DNA of 64,000 nt, taken from NCBI GenBank assembly GCA_965224245.1, contig OZ245046.1:5568001-5632000 (forward strand), written 5' to 3'. This DNA comes from Candidatus Eiseniibacteriota bacterium (GTDB taxonomy: Bacteria; Eisenbacteria; RBG-16-71-46; CAZAMP01). Numbering within the stretch: the stretch's first letter is position 1; every line of letters begins with the position of its first letter. This document shows, one piece after another, positions 54,079-63,552 of this stretch. Under the pieces are notes generated by a model, which was not told the DNA's origin, searched no databases, and worked only from the letters and a program-made list of their open reading frames with translations. Both the position numbers and the translations under genes were made by a program.

Positions 54079-56634
54079 GTGACGGTCGTCATGTGGACAG
54101 TCGGTTTCATCGCGCTACTGATTCTCGCCGGCGCTCTGACCTACGCCGGCCGCACGAAGCTCGCGTGGCTTCTTCCCCTCGGCATCGCGATCGGCGCCTG
54201 GGGCCTCGCCGGCGGGGTTGGGGGCGCGTTCTTCAACGCCGTGGTCGGGCTCGTGGGCGTCCTGGCCATTCTCCTCGGGGTTCCCGCGGTCCGCCGCCAG
54301 GTCGTCACGCCGCACGTCATGCGGGCGCTGGCCCGGGTGCTTCCGCGCATGAGCGACACCGAGCGCATCGCGCTCGAGGCCGGCACCGTCTGGTGGGACG
54401 CCGATTTGTTCTCGGGCAATCCCGACTGGAAGAAGTGGCTGCGCAACGACCCGCCGCGGCTCACCGAACGCGAGCGCGCGTTCATCGACGGACCGCTGGA
54501 AGAGCTCTGCGAGAGGGTCTCGGACTGGGAGCTGGCCAGCGCGGGCAATCTGCCGGAGGAGGTCTGGGAGTTCCTCGGAAAGACCCGGCTCTTCGGGATG
54601 ATCATCCCCGAGCAGTACGGGGGGCTGGGCTTCTCGGCCCAGGCCCACTCGGCGGTCGTGATGAAGCTCGCGAGCCGGAGCACGGCCACCGCCGTGACCG
54701 TCATGGTGCCGAACTCGCTCGGCCCCGCCGAGCTGCTTCTCCACTACGGCACCGAGGATCAGAAGAACCACTTCCTGCCGCGCCTGGCCACCGGCGAGGA
54801 GATCCCGTGCTTCGCGCTGACCGAGCCGGGCGCGGGCAGCGACGCGTCGAGCATGCGGAGCCACGGCGTGGTCGAGCGGGGCACGTACGACGGCGAGGAG
54901 GTAGTCGGCATCCGCCTCCAGTGGGACAAGCGGTACATCACGCTGGCGCCGGTGGCCACGATTCTCGGGCTGGCGTTCCGGCTGTACGATCCCGCGCACC
55001 TGATCGGAGACACCGAGGACCTCGGCATCACGTGCGCGCTGATCCCGGTCGGCCTGCCCGGCATCGACATCGGGAAGCGACACGATCCGCTCTCGATCCC
55101 GTTCCTGAACGGGCCCACCCGGGGCAAGGACGTCTTCATCCCCGTGGACTTCATCATCGGCGGGCCGAAGATGGCCGGGCGGGGCTGGATGATGTTGATG
55201 CAGTGCCTCTCGGCGGGACGCGGGATCTCGCTCCCGTCACTGTCGGCGGGTGCGGCACAGCTCTCCACGCGGGTCGTGGGCGCGTACGCCACCGTTCGCG
55301 AGCAGTTCTCGCTGCCGATCGGGCGGTTCGAAGGCGTCCAGGAGGCGATGTCGCGGATCGGCGGGTTGACCTACGCCGTGGACGCGGTGCGCTCGGTGAC
55401 CGCGGCCGGGATCGACGCCGGCCAGCAGCCGTCGGTGATCTCGGCGATCGCCAAGGCGTACTCCACCGAGACGATGCGCCGCATCGTCAACGACGCGATG
55501 GACATCTCGGGCGGCGCGGGAATCTCGCTCGGACCGATGAACACGCTCGGCCGCGCGTACATGTCGCTGCCGATCTCCATCACCGTCGAGGGCGCCAACA
55601 TCCTGACCCGGACGATGATCATCTTCGGGCAGGGAGCGCTCCGTTGTCACCCGTACGCGCAGCACGAGGTGCGGGCGGTGGCCGAGAAGGACGTCGCCGG
55701 CTTCGATCGCGCGTTCTTCGGCCACCTCGGCTTCGTGGCCACGAACGAGGTTCGCACGTGGCTCCTGGCCGTGACCGACGGGCGCCTCGTCTCGCCTCCG
55801 ATCCCCGGACCCACGGGCCGGTACTTCCAGCGCCTGTCGCGGCTGAGCGCGACGTTCGCGTTCGTCTCGGACGTGGCCATGGGCACCCTCGGCGGAAGCC
55901 TGAAGCGGCGCGAACGGCTGACCGGTCGGCTCGCGGACGCGCTGTCCTGGATGTACATCGCGTCGGCCACGCTCAAGCGATACGTGGACGAGGGCCAGAC
56001 CGAGCGGGATCGTCCCTACGCCGAGTGGGCGCTCGATCACGCGCTCCACGAGATCCAGACCGCGCTCCTGGCCTTCCTCGACAACCTGCCGAGCCGCGTC
56101 GTGGGGTGGGGCGTGCGACTCCTGGCCTTTCCATTCGGCGGCCGCTACGCCCCGCCGTCCGATCGGCTCGGGGCGCGCGTGGCGTCCGGACTGATCGAGA
56201 ACGGCGAGGCCCGACGGCACCTGGCGTCGGGGATCTACGTGCCGCCGGCCGGCGAGCCCGGACTCGGCCGGCTCGAGGATGCGCTGGCCAAGATCGTGGC
56301 GGCCCGCGATGCCCACACCGCCGTGAAGAGGGCCATCCGATCGGGCGCTCTGGCGCGTCGTCCGGCGGCGACGCTGTATCGCCGCGCCCTCGACGCAGGA
56401 ATCCTGACCGAGGACCAGCATCGCCGGGCGGAAGCGGCCGAGCACGCGCGCGCGGCGGCCGTCGCGGTGGACGAGTTCACGAACGTCGGGCACGCCCCGC
56501 CGACCGTGGTCACGCCGGCTCACCCCGCGTCGTCCGCCGGGGACGAGCCGGGCGGCAGAGCGCCGGCAATCGGTGGCGGAGCGACGAGCGACGACCCGGC
56601 CCCCGCGCGCGAGGACGCCGACGCGACCCCCTGA
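54079..56634 (+). CDS. fadE: Long membrane-anchored acyl-CoA dehydrogenase
   Basis: MVPNSLGPAELL, CFALTEP.AGSDA, KRYITLAP, ITVEGANILTR; FadE-type C-terminal domain. Confidence 0.92.
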   Translation: MTVVMWTVGFIALLILAGALTYAGRTKLAWLLPLGIAIGAWGLAGGVGGAFFNAVVGLVGVLAILLGVPAVRRQVVTPHVMRALARVLPRMSDTERIALEAGTVWWDADLFSGNPDWKKWLRNDPPRLTERERAFIDGPLEELCERVSDWELASAGNLPEEVWEFLGKTRLFGMIIPEQYGGLGFSAQAHSAVVMKLASRSTATAVTVMVPNSLGPAELLLHYGTEDQKNHFLPRLATGEEIPCFALTEPGAGSDASSMRSHGVVERGTYDGEEVVGIRLQWDKRYITLAPVATILGLAFRLYDPAHLIGDTEDLGITCALIPVGLPGIDIGKRHDPLSIPFLNGPTRGKDVFIPVDFIIGGPKMAGRGWMMLMQCLSAGRGISLPSLSAGAAQLSTRVVGAYATVREQFSLPIGRFEGVQEAMSRIGGLTYAVDAVRSVTAAGIDAGQQPSVISAIAKAYSTETMRRIVNDAMDISGGAGISLGPMNTLGRAYMSLPISITVEGANILTRTMIIFGQGALRCHPYAQHEVRAVAEKDVAGFDRAFFGHLGFVATNEVRTWLLAVTDGRLVSPPIPGPTGRYFQRLSRLSATFAFVSDVAMGTLGGSLKRRERLTGRLADALSWMYIASATLKRYVDEGQTERDRPYAEWALDHALHEIQTALLAFLDNLPSRVVGWGVRLLAFPFGGRYAPPSDRLGARVASGLIENGEARRHLASGIYVPPAGEPGLGRLEDALAKIVAARDAHTAVKRAIRSGALARRPAATLYRRALDAGILTEDQHRRAEAAEHARAAAVAVDEFTNVGHAPPTVVTPAHPASSAGDEPGGRAPAIGGGATSDDPAPAREDADATP

Positions 56635-56739
56635 CCCGGACGTTGGGCGGCCTGGATTCCGTGTACCCTTTCGTGGATCGGACACGTATCGGCCGTGTAC
56701 GACTGATCGCCACGGCCCGCCCCGCTCCAGGGAGGAGAC

Positions 56740-58323
56740 ATGGACGAGCGTCCCGACGGCCGCGAGCCGTCGTTCACCCCGGATGGCAATACGGCCTCGC
56801 GCCGGCGCGATGCCGCCGTCGCCGAACCCACCGAGCCCGACGAGCCCGACGAACCCGACGGATCCGACGGATCCGACGGATCCGCGGAGCTCGACACCTC
56901 CGGTGAGCTCGATGCTCTCGACGACCCGGCCGCGCTGGAGGAGTTCGCCGAGCCCGTGGAGCCCGCCGAGCCGGCCCCGCGTGTCGCGCTGTCTCCGGTC
57001 ACGGGCGCCGAGCGCATCCGGTCGATCGACGTGCTCCGGGGCATCGCCGTCTTCGGCATCCTTCTGGTGAACATCTACGCGTTCGCCTACATCGCGCCCG
57101 GGTACACGAACCCATACGGGGCCGGCGGCGGCGGTCCGCTGAACATCGGGACCTGGATCGCGACGCACGTCTTCGTCGAGGGCAAGTTCATCTCGATCTT
57201 CGCCATGCTCTTCGGCGCCGGCATGTGGATCATGTCGTCGCGGGCCGACGCCAGGGGCTCTCGTTTCGGACGCGTGTACGTCCGGCGTCTCTTCTGGCTC
57301 CTCGTCTTCGGGGCGGCGCACGGCCTCTTCATCTGGTGGGGCGACGTGCTCTTTCACTACGCGATCGGCGGCGCCGTCGTGTACCGCTTCCGGAAGTGGC
57401 CGGCACGGAAGCTCTTCGTCGCGTCGGCGGTGAGCTTCGCCATCGGGATCGCGATGATGGCGGCCATCGGGGCTTACATGTCGCATGCCCAGGAGCGCGC
57501 CGCCGTGGTGGCCGAGCAGCTCGCGGCCGGGGAGGAGCCGAGCCCGGACGATCGGGTCCTCTACGATCAGTGGGAGATGGGCCGGTCGTTCCACCACCCG
57601 ACCCCCGAGGAGGCCACACGGCGGATCGCGATGTTCCGCGGGGGGGAGGTGGATCGCGTGACGCCGTTCAACGGCGGATACGGGGGGATCCTGGCCGATC
57701 GCCTGGAGTTCCTGCCCGCCAATCAGATCGGGTCGATGACGGTGGTGCTGCCGCGCGTGGCGGCGCTGATGATGCTCGGCATCGCGCTCCTGAAGATCGG
57801 CGTCCTCGACGCATCGCGGTCGCGCCGGTTCTACACGCGGCTGCTCGTGATCTCGTACGCGATCGGGTTCCCCCTCGTCATCGTGGGAACCCGGCTCCGG
57901 TTCTCGCACGACTTCGGGTACGCCGCGAAGCTCTCGACCGACAGTCACTTCAACACCGTGGGCGCCATCGCGGTCGCGCTCGGCCACATCGCGCTGGTGA
58001 TGCTGGTGGTCAAGAGCGGGGCGTTCGGCGCGCTCCAGCGGCGCCTGGCCGCGGTGGGACGGATGGCCCTCACGAACTACCTGATGCAGTCGGTGATCGC
58101 GACGACACTGTTCTACGGCTACGGCCTCGGACTCTTCTCCCACCTGGACCGCTTCGCGTTGATGGGGGTGGTGGTCGCGATCTGGCTCGTGGAGCTGTGG
58201 TGGAGCCCGATCTGGCTCGCGTGGTTCCGCTTCGGCCCGGCCGAGTGGCTGTGGCGGACGCTGACCTACTGGAAGGTCCAGCCGATGCGCAGGAGGTATG
58301 CGGAAGGGACGGCGGCCGCGTAG
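56740..58323 (+). CDS. DUF418 (YeiB-like) membrane protein
   Basis: RI.SIDVLRG.A.FGILLVN, GKF..IF.MLFG, GRMALTNYLMQS, GPAEWLWR.LTY. Confidence 0.9.
   Translation: MDERPDGREPSFTPDGNTASRRRDAAVAEPTEPDEPDEPDGSDGSDGSAELDTSGELDALDDPAALEEFAEPVEPAEPAPRVALSPVTGAERIRSIDVLRGIAVFGILLVNIYAFAYIAPGYTNPYGAGGGGPLNIGTWIATHVFVEGKFISIFAMLFGAGMWIMSSRADARGSRFGRVYVRRLFWLLVFGAAHGLFIWWGDVLFHYAIGGAVVYRFRKWPARKLFVASAVSFAIGIAMMAAIGAYMSHAQERAAVVAEQLAAGEEPSPDDRVLYDQWEMGRSFHHPTPEEATRRIAMFRGGEVDRVTPFNGGYGGILADRLEFLPANQIGSMTVVLPRVAALMMLGIALLKIGVLDASRSRRFYTRLLVISYAIGFPLVIVGTRLRFSHDFGYAAKLSTDSHFNTVGAIAVALGHIALVMLVVKSGAFGALQRRLAAVGRMALTNYLMQSVIATTLFYGYGLGLFSHLDRFALMGVVVAIWLVELWWSPIWLAWFRFGPAEWLWRTLTYWKVQPMRRRYAEGTAAA
56824..56883 (+). 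repeat. In-frame 9-bp tandem repeats (EPT-EPD-EPD-EPD-GSD-GSD-GS)
   Basis: GAACCCACC GAGCCCGAC GAGCCCGAC GAACCCGAC GGATCCGAC GGATCCGAC GGATCC. Confidence 0.8.
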
Positions 58324-58457
58324 GGTCGGGACGGCGCGGCTACGGGATTCCCCTTACCTCGCTTCCGGACTTCCCGATTCCGGTCTTCACGCCCGGGTCG
58401 TTGAATGGAACGACGCTTCTCATCCGAGGCGACGTTCCCGAGCGGCCGGAGGCCGGC

Positions 58458-59687
58458 ATGAAGACGCTCGCGATCCTCGGTGCCGGGACCGCCGGCACGA
58501 TTCTGGCCAACCGTCTGGAGCGGCGACTGCCGGCCGACTGGGAGATCGTCGTGGTCGACCCCGAGGTCGATCACCTCTACCAGCCCGGGCTCGTGTTCGT
58601 CCCGTTCGGCCTGCACCGGGCGCGCACGCTCCGCCGCGCCCGCGCCTGGACGCTCCGTGCGCCGTCACGATGGCGGCGCACCCGTGTCCTCGAGGTGCGG
58701 CCCGATCGAAAGCGCATCCTCCTCGAGGGACCCGAGACGCTCGACTACGACCTCCTGGTCATTGCCAGCGGATCGCATCTCCATCCCGAGGAGACCGAGG
58801 GTCTCTACGGCGACGAGTGGCGCCGCAGCATTCACGAGTTCTACACGCTCGACGGCGCGCTTGCGCTTCGCGAGAGCCTCTCCACGTTCGAGGGCGGCAA
58901 GCTCGTGGTGAACCCGATCGAGATGCCGATCAAGAGCCCGATCGCGCCGCTCGAGTTCGCCTTTCTGGCCGACGACTACTTCGAGCGGCGCGGCATTCGC
59001 GACGACGTCACGCTCTCGCTGGTGACGCCGCTTCACGACGCGTTCACGAAGCCGCTCGCGTCGAAGGCGATCCGCGAGCTCCTGGAGCGGCGAGACATCG
59101 CGGTGGTCACCGACTTCGCGACCGGCGGCGTGCACGCCGACGGCCGACGCCTTCTCGCGTACGACGGGCGCGCGATCGACTACGACCTCCTCGTGACCGT
59201 TCCCACGCACAAGGGTGCCTCCTACGTCGAGCGATCCGGACTCGGCGACGAGCTCCGCTTCGTTCCCACAGATCCCCACTCGCTCCGCGCGCGAGAGATC
59301 GACGACGCGTTCGTGCTCGGCGACGCCACCGATCTACCCACGTCCAAGGGAGGGTCGGTCGCGCACTTCCAGAGCGAGGTGGTGGCCGAGAACGTCCTGT
59401 GCGCGATCGACGGACGCGAGCCGACCCGCGACTTCGACGGACACGCGAACTTCGTCGTGGAGACCGGACACGAGCGGGCCCTCTTCATCGACCACGACTA
59501 CGGGGTCGAGCCACGCCCGGGGCGCTATCCGTGGCCGCTCGTGGGGCCGTTGTCGGTCCTGCGCGAGTCGCGGGCCAACCACGCCGCGAAGCGGGCGTTC
59601 GAGACGGTCTACTGGGACGCGATCCTGCCGGGGAAGCCGGTGCCGCTGCCTCTCCGGGGGCATCTCGGGGCCGAGGCGCCGTCGTAG
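58458..59687 (+). CDS. Sulfide:quinone oxidoreductase-like flavoprotein lacking both catalytic cysteines
   Basis: GGAGG RBS; GAGTAG, HLYQPG, MPIKSPIAPLEF, GDATDLPTSK.GSVAHF, FDGHANFVVETG. Confidence 0.82.
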   Translation: MKTLAILGAGTAGTILANRLERRLPADWEIVVVDPEVDHLYQPGLVFVPFGLHRARTLRRARAWTLRAPSRWRRTRVLEVRPDRKRILLEGPETLDYDLLVIASGSHLHPEETEGLYGDEWRRSIHEFYTLDGALALRESLSTFEGGKLVVNPIEMPIKSPIAPLEFAFLADDYFERRGIRDDVTLSLVTPLHDAFTKPLASKAIRELLERRDIAVVTDFATGGVHADGRRLLAYDGRAIDYDLLVTVPTHKGASYVERSGLGDELRFVPTDPHSLRAREIDDAFVLGDATDLPTSKGGSVAHFQSEVVAENVLCAIDGREPTRDFDGHANFVVETGHERALFIDHDYGVEPRPGRYPWPLVGPLSVLRESRANHAAKRAFETVYWDAILPGKPVPLPLRGHLGAEAPS

Positions 59688-59861
59688 TCCCGCTCCGGTC
59701 GACCGGCCCGGCGGTCGTGCCCGGCGCTCGTGTCGGGTCGGCGAGGGCGGGGCACGCCGTCGCTCCGGCTACCGGCGTTGCCGTGAGACCGGTCAGGCAT
59801 ACTCACGACGAGCCTCAGGATACTGATGGCGCCCGGCGAGCCCATGGTGCCGTCCCCCGGG

Positions 59862-60017
59862 GCAACCCCGGCACCCCGGGCGCCTCGGCGACCCCGGTGC
59901 CCCCGGCGACCCTGGCGCCCACGGCGACCCCGGTGCCGGCGGCGACCCGGGCGCGTCGGCGACTCCGGTGCCCCCGGCGACCCGGGCGCGTCGGCGACTC
60001 CGGTGCCCCCGGCGACC
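59862..60017. repeat. GC-rich minisatellite (17-18 bp GGCGACYCCGGTGCCCC-like units; exact 35-bp duplication)
   Basis: GGCGACCCGGGCGCGTCGGCGACTCCGGTGCCCCC at 59941-59975 and 59976-60010, with degenerate units from 59862. Confidence 0.85.
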
Positions 60018-60219
60018 ATCGTGCACCGTGATCCTCCTGGCCCCGGCGCACGTGACCATCATGAAGGTCAGCTCATGGCGGTAGTGCACGTCTCTGCGAG
60101 TGCGCCCCTCGCGATCCGGATGAAGCCCGTCACCCGTTCGCGTCCCCGCGAGGTTGCGACGCGTGAGACGGCCTCCACACCCGGCGCGTGGGCTCGTCCC
60201 GTCGTGCGACGACTCGCTG

Positions 60220-61797
60220 TCACTCGCGCCGTCGCGCGACGAGCCACACCTCGCGCGCCGCGGCCACCGGCATCGCGTGCAACGCGGCGTGACAGCGCCA
60301 GCACACCGTGGCCAGGTTCTCCATCGTGTTCCGACCCCCGCGCTCCACGGGCAGCCGATGATGCACCGCGAGGTGATGACGGCTGTTGCACCCGGGTACA
60401 CGGCATCGGTGCTCGTCGCGCGCGAGCACGCGTCGCCGCAGGCTCGGCGCGATGCTGGCGCGCCGCCGACCGCGAGCGTCGACGACGTCCGCGTCGGCGA
60501 GAATGGCCCGGCGCATGACATCGTTGAGCGGACGATCGCCGACGCGCGCCCGATGACAGGTCGGACAGTCCTGGACGACGATCTGATAGCACGACCGCGG
60601 TCCCGCCTCTGCCACCATCGCCGACGACGAGGAAGACGGCGTGGAGCATGACGCCGAGGAGGACGCTGCCGACGACGCCGACGCCGGAGACGACGGAGGC
60701 ACGCGGGATGAGGAAGCCGACGGGGATGAGGAAGACGGCGCCGTCGACCGAGCCGCCGCTTCCGCCGACGTCGACCGAGGCGCCGACCCCGACGACAGGG
60801 CGTTCGCGAACATCGCCATCGCCGCGACGACGAACTCCGCCTTCGAGCCCCGGAACCCGTGCTTCCGGGCGTGCTCCCACGCGGCCTCGGCGTGCGCATG
60901 GGAGAGGGTGTCGAGCCGCACGCGCAGCTCGAGAGTCACCTCGAGCGTCGGCGCCGATGTCACGGCCGCATCGCCGACCCCAGCGACCGAGTCGACGTCC
61001 GCGACCGAGTCGGCCACCGAAGGGCAGTCGTCCGCGACGGTGGAGTTGGTCCCCGCGGCGGAGTCGACCGCTGCGGCCGAGTCAGCCACCGCGTCCGCGC
61101 CGGCGCCGGACACGGCGATGCTGTCCGCGTTGGCGAGATCGGCCGCGATGGCCTCATCGGCGGCCCGCGCGACGTCGGCCGCGCCGATCGTCGGCGACGC
61201 CGCCGCGTCCCCTCGTGACGATGGCTTCGCCGGCACCGGATCGACCCGGATCGTCTCCTGCGCCCCGCCACCGACCGCACGCCGCGCCGCCCCCCGGGCG
61301 TCCGCGATCCGCTGCTCCAGCTCCCGACGCGACAGGCGCGACGCCAGCCCGATCCACGCATCCGCGGACGAGGCGGTCAGGATCGGGGCGATCGCGCGCG
61401 CCTTCGTCCAGCTCAGCCGGCCCGACGCCATCGCGTCGCGGAGCGCCGGGAACTCCCGCATCCGCTCGGACAGCCCCCGCAGCTGATGACACCGCGACGC
61501 CGACATCTCCAGTCGCTCCATCGCGTACGCCAGCATCGAGGTGAAGCCGAGCACGCGATAGTGGTGCTCGGCGTCGATCTCGGCGAACGACAGCGCGACC
61601 GCGACGCTCGCGCGGCCTTCCAGACGTCGCACGCGCTCCAGCCGCCGGCAGGCGCGACGCGAGCGCGCCTCGCGCCGAGCGTCCGTCCCCTGAAGACGGG
61701 AGCGCGCGTCGCTCCGAACGTCCGTCCCCTGGAGGCCGCTCGTGTTCGTGCTGGACATGCTCGCGACACGCGATGGCTCGGTCCTGGACACCCGCAT
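60220..61797 (-). CDS. HNH endonuclease with DUF222-like N-terminal domain
   Basis: GAGGGG RBS; YRVLGFTSMLAYAMERL..GRLSWTKARAI; C-terminal RDEHRCRVPGC..VHH....GG.N...NL...CWRCH. Confidence 0.85.
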   Translation of the reverse strand: MRVSRTEPSRVASMSSTNTSGLQGTDVRSDARSRLQGTDARREARSRRACRRLERVRRLEGRASVAVALSFAEIDAEHHYRVLGFTSMLAYAMERLEMSASRCHQLRGLSERMREFPALRDAMASGRLSWTKARAIAPILTASSADAWIGLASRLSRRELEQRIADARGAARRAVGGGAQETIRVDPVPAKPSSRGDAAASPTIGAADVARAADEAIAADLANADSIAVSGAGADAVADSAAAVDSAAGTNSTVADDCPSVADSVADVDSVAGVGDAAVTSAPTLEVTLELRVRLDTLSHAHAEAAWEHARKHGFRGSKAEFVVAAMAMFANALSSGSAPRSTSAEAAARSTAPSSSSPSASSSRVPPSSPASASSAASSSASCSTPSSSSSAMVAEAGPRSCYQIVVQDCPTCHRARVGDRPLNDVMRRAILADADVVDARGRRRASIAPSLRRRVLARDEHRCRVPGCNSRHHLAVHHRLPVERGGRNTMENLATVCWRCHAALHAMPVAAAREVWLVARRRE

Positions 61798-62020
61798 GAT
61801 GCACCCCTCAGTCGACGGTGTTGATCATCAGAGGACCGGCCGATCCGAACGCACGGCGCCGCGTCATCAGACGGCGCCGACGGAGATCGACCGGCGAACG
61901 CCATCGCCCGGGGCGTGCGCGGCGAAGGAACCGGGGCAGCTGCTCGATCCAACGGGGGGAGAGCTCGGCCGACCTGGGGCTGATCGACGTGAGAAAGTTA
62001 CCGGAATCGCCCGCCGAAGT

Positions 62021-62053
62021 CAAGCATAAATCAATACGTGACAATATGTTAAC
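62021..62053. promoter_or_regulatory. AT-rich island in divergent intergenic region, possible IHF-like site or promoter
   Basis: CAAGCATAAATCAATACGTGACAATATGTTAAC; AATCAA-TACG-TGA is a near match to WATCAA-N4-TTR. Confidence 0.35.
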
Positions 62054-62122
62054 GAGTCCTTCGTCACGAAGCTCCAGGACGGCCGCGCACGGATCGACCT
62101 CATCGATGTCGGGGGATGCCTC

Positions 62123-62302
62123 GTTGCACCCGTGTTCGACGGCCCGCTACACCCGGGTGCAACCGTCGTGGAGATTCCGAGGGGACGCCTGGATCCGGTC
62201 ACCCGAGGCGGCGTCCATCCTCCGGTGATGGAGTCCGCAAGGGTATGGGCTTCGACCGAGCTCCTGCAGCTCGAGTGAAGCGATGTCCCGGGCGGCACCA
62301 GG
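62123..62302 (+). ncRNA. Structured RNA of about 180 nt, 6S RNA (ssrS)-like candidate
   Basis: GTGTTCG (62132) / CGGCAC (62293) closing stem, 62146-62160 pairing with 62266-62281, central bubble and apical GGACGCC/GGCGTCC stem; G-U pairs favour the + strand. Confidence 0.4.
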
Positions 62303-62345
62303 CTCTCCCTCGCAAACGAGCACACGTTGCCGGTACCATCCCCGC

Positions 62346-63155
62346 ATGACGAACCGTTTCACGACGGCGATCGTTCGCCGGCCCTGCGAGGCGTTCGGTG
62401 ACGGACTCAGCACGGCGGCACTCGGCGCGCCCGACTACGCGCGGATGTGCGAGCAGCACCGCGCGTACGTCGCGGCGCTCACCGGCGCCGGCGTTCGCGT
62501 GACCGTGCTCGATCCCCTGCCCGAATGTCCCGATGCGCACTTCGTCGAGGACGCCGCGGTGATCCTTCCGGAGCTCGTCGTGGCCACGCATCCCGGGGCA
62601 CCGGCCCGGCGGCCCGAGGTGGCGCCGATGGTGGATGCGCTCCTGACGCACCGGGTCGCCGTGGACGAGGCCCGCGCCGGGCACGGCGAGGCGCGACCGC
62701 TCGCGCGAATCGAGGCCCCGGGAACGCTCGACGGCGGCGACGTGCTCGTGATGGGACGCCGCGCGTTCGTCGGTCTCTCGACCCGGACCAACGCCGAGGG
62801 GGCCCGGCAGCTCGCGGCGCACGTCGCCCCGTACGGCTACTCGACCCATCCGATCCCGATCCAGACCGGGCTTCACCTGAAGGCCGCGGTCAACGCGATC
62901 GCCGACGACGCGATCATCGGCTGGGCCGACGTCGTGTCCCGCCGCGAGTTCGACGCATACGACCGCGTCGTCGTCGAGGCACGGGATGCCTACGCAGCAA
63001 ACTGCCTCCGAGTGAACGACGTCGTTCTGGCGCCGATCGCCTATCCCAGAGTCGGGGAGGCACTGGCGCGCCGCGGACTGACCGTCCGCGCGCTGGACAC
63101 GAGCGAGTCCGAGAGGATGGACGGCGGGCTCACCTGCCTGTCGCTGCGTTTCTAA
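62346..63155 (+). CDS. Dimethylarginine dimethylaminohydrolase / amidinotransferase family
   Basis: PDAHFVED, R..E, LDGGDV, LHLK, DGGLTCLS. Confidence 0.9.
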   Translation: MTNRFTTAIVRRPCEAFGDGLSTAALGAPDYARMCEQHRAYVAALTGAGVRVTVLDPLPECPDAHFVEDAAVILPELVVATHPGAPARRPEVAPMVDALLTHRVAVDEARAGHGEARPLARIEAPGTLDGGDVLVMGRRAFVGLSTRTNAEGARQLAAHVAPYGYSTHPIPIQTGLHLKAAVNAIADDAIIGWADVVSRREFDAYDRVVVEARDAYAANCLRVNDVVLAPIAYPRVGEALARRGLTVRALDTSESERMDGGLTCLSLRF

Positions 63156-63173
63156 CCGATCGAGGAATGCCAC

Positions 63174-63539
63174 ATGCCCACGCTGATCGCCCATCCGACC
63201 CGCATCACGGCCGCCGGGAACAAGCCGAAGGTCATCGACGAGTACGTCGGCCGCGTGAACACCGAGACCGACGCCGTCAGCATCGCGCACATGCGAAGCC
63301 CCGGGGGCTGGGTGGAGCCCGGCCAGCGCCCGACGTTCGAGGAGGTCACGATCGTCCTCGCGGGCGTGCTGTGCGTCGAGACCGAGTCCGAGACGATCGA
63401 GGTGCGAGCCGGGCAGGCCGTGGTCGCCCATCCTGACGAGTGGGTGCGCTACAGCACGCCCGAGCCCGGGGGAGCGGAGTACGTCGCGGTGTGCGTGCCG
63501 GCGTTCTCGCCCGAAACCGTGAATCGCGACGACGGCTGA
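63174..63539 (+). CDS. Cupin domain protein
   Basis: AAGNKPK.I.EYVGRVN, W.EPGQ.P.F.E, EWVRYSTP, PAFSP.TV.RD. Confidence 0.87.
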   Translation: MPTLIAHPTRITAAGNKPKVIDEYVGRVNTETDAVSIAHMRSPGGWVEPGQRPTFEEVTIVLAGVLCVETESETIEVRAGQAVVAHPDEWVRYSTPEPGGAEYVAVCVPAFSPETVNRDDG

Positions 63540-63552
63540 TCGGCCCGCCGGG

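Noticed and set aside
57225..59687. 820-aa ORF as a single fusion protein
   Set aside because: The 5' part is an alternate frame of DUF418; the real gene starts at ATG 58458 after a GGAGG RBS.
59862..60017. CRISPR array or collagen-like CDS
   Set aside because: No spacers; the 35-bp period breaks frame, and overlapping ORFs lack coherent protein features.
62111..62300. tmRNA or tRNA (GGGGGATG...TTCGAC...CACCA)
   Set aside because: No T-arm before CACCA, the acceptor stem does not pair, and the length fits neither.
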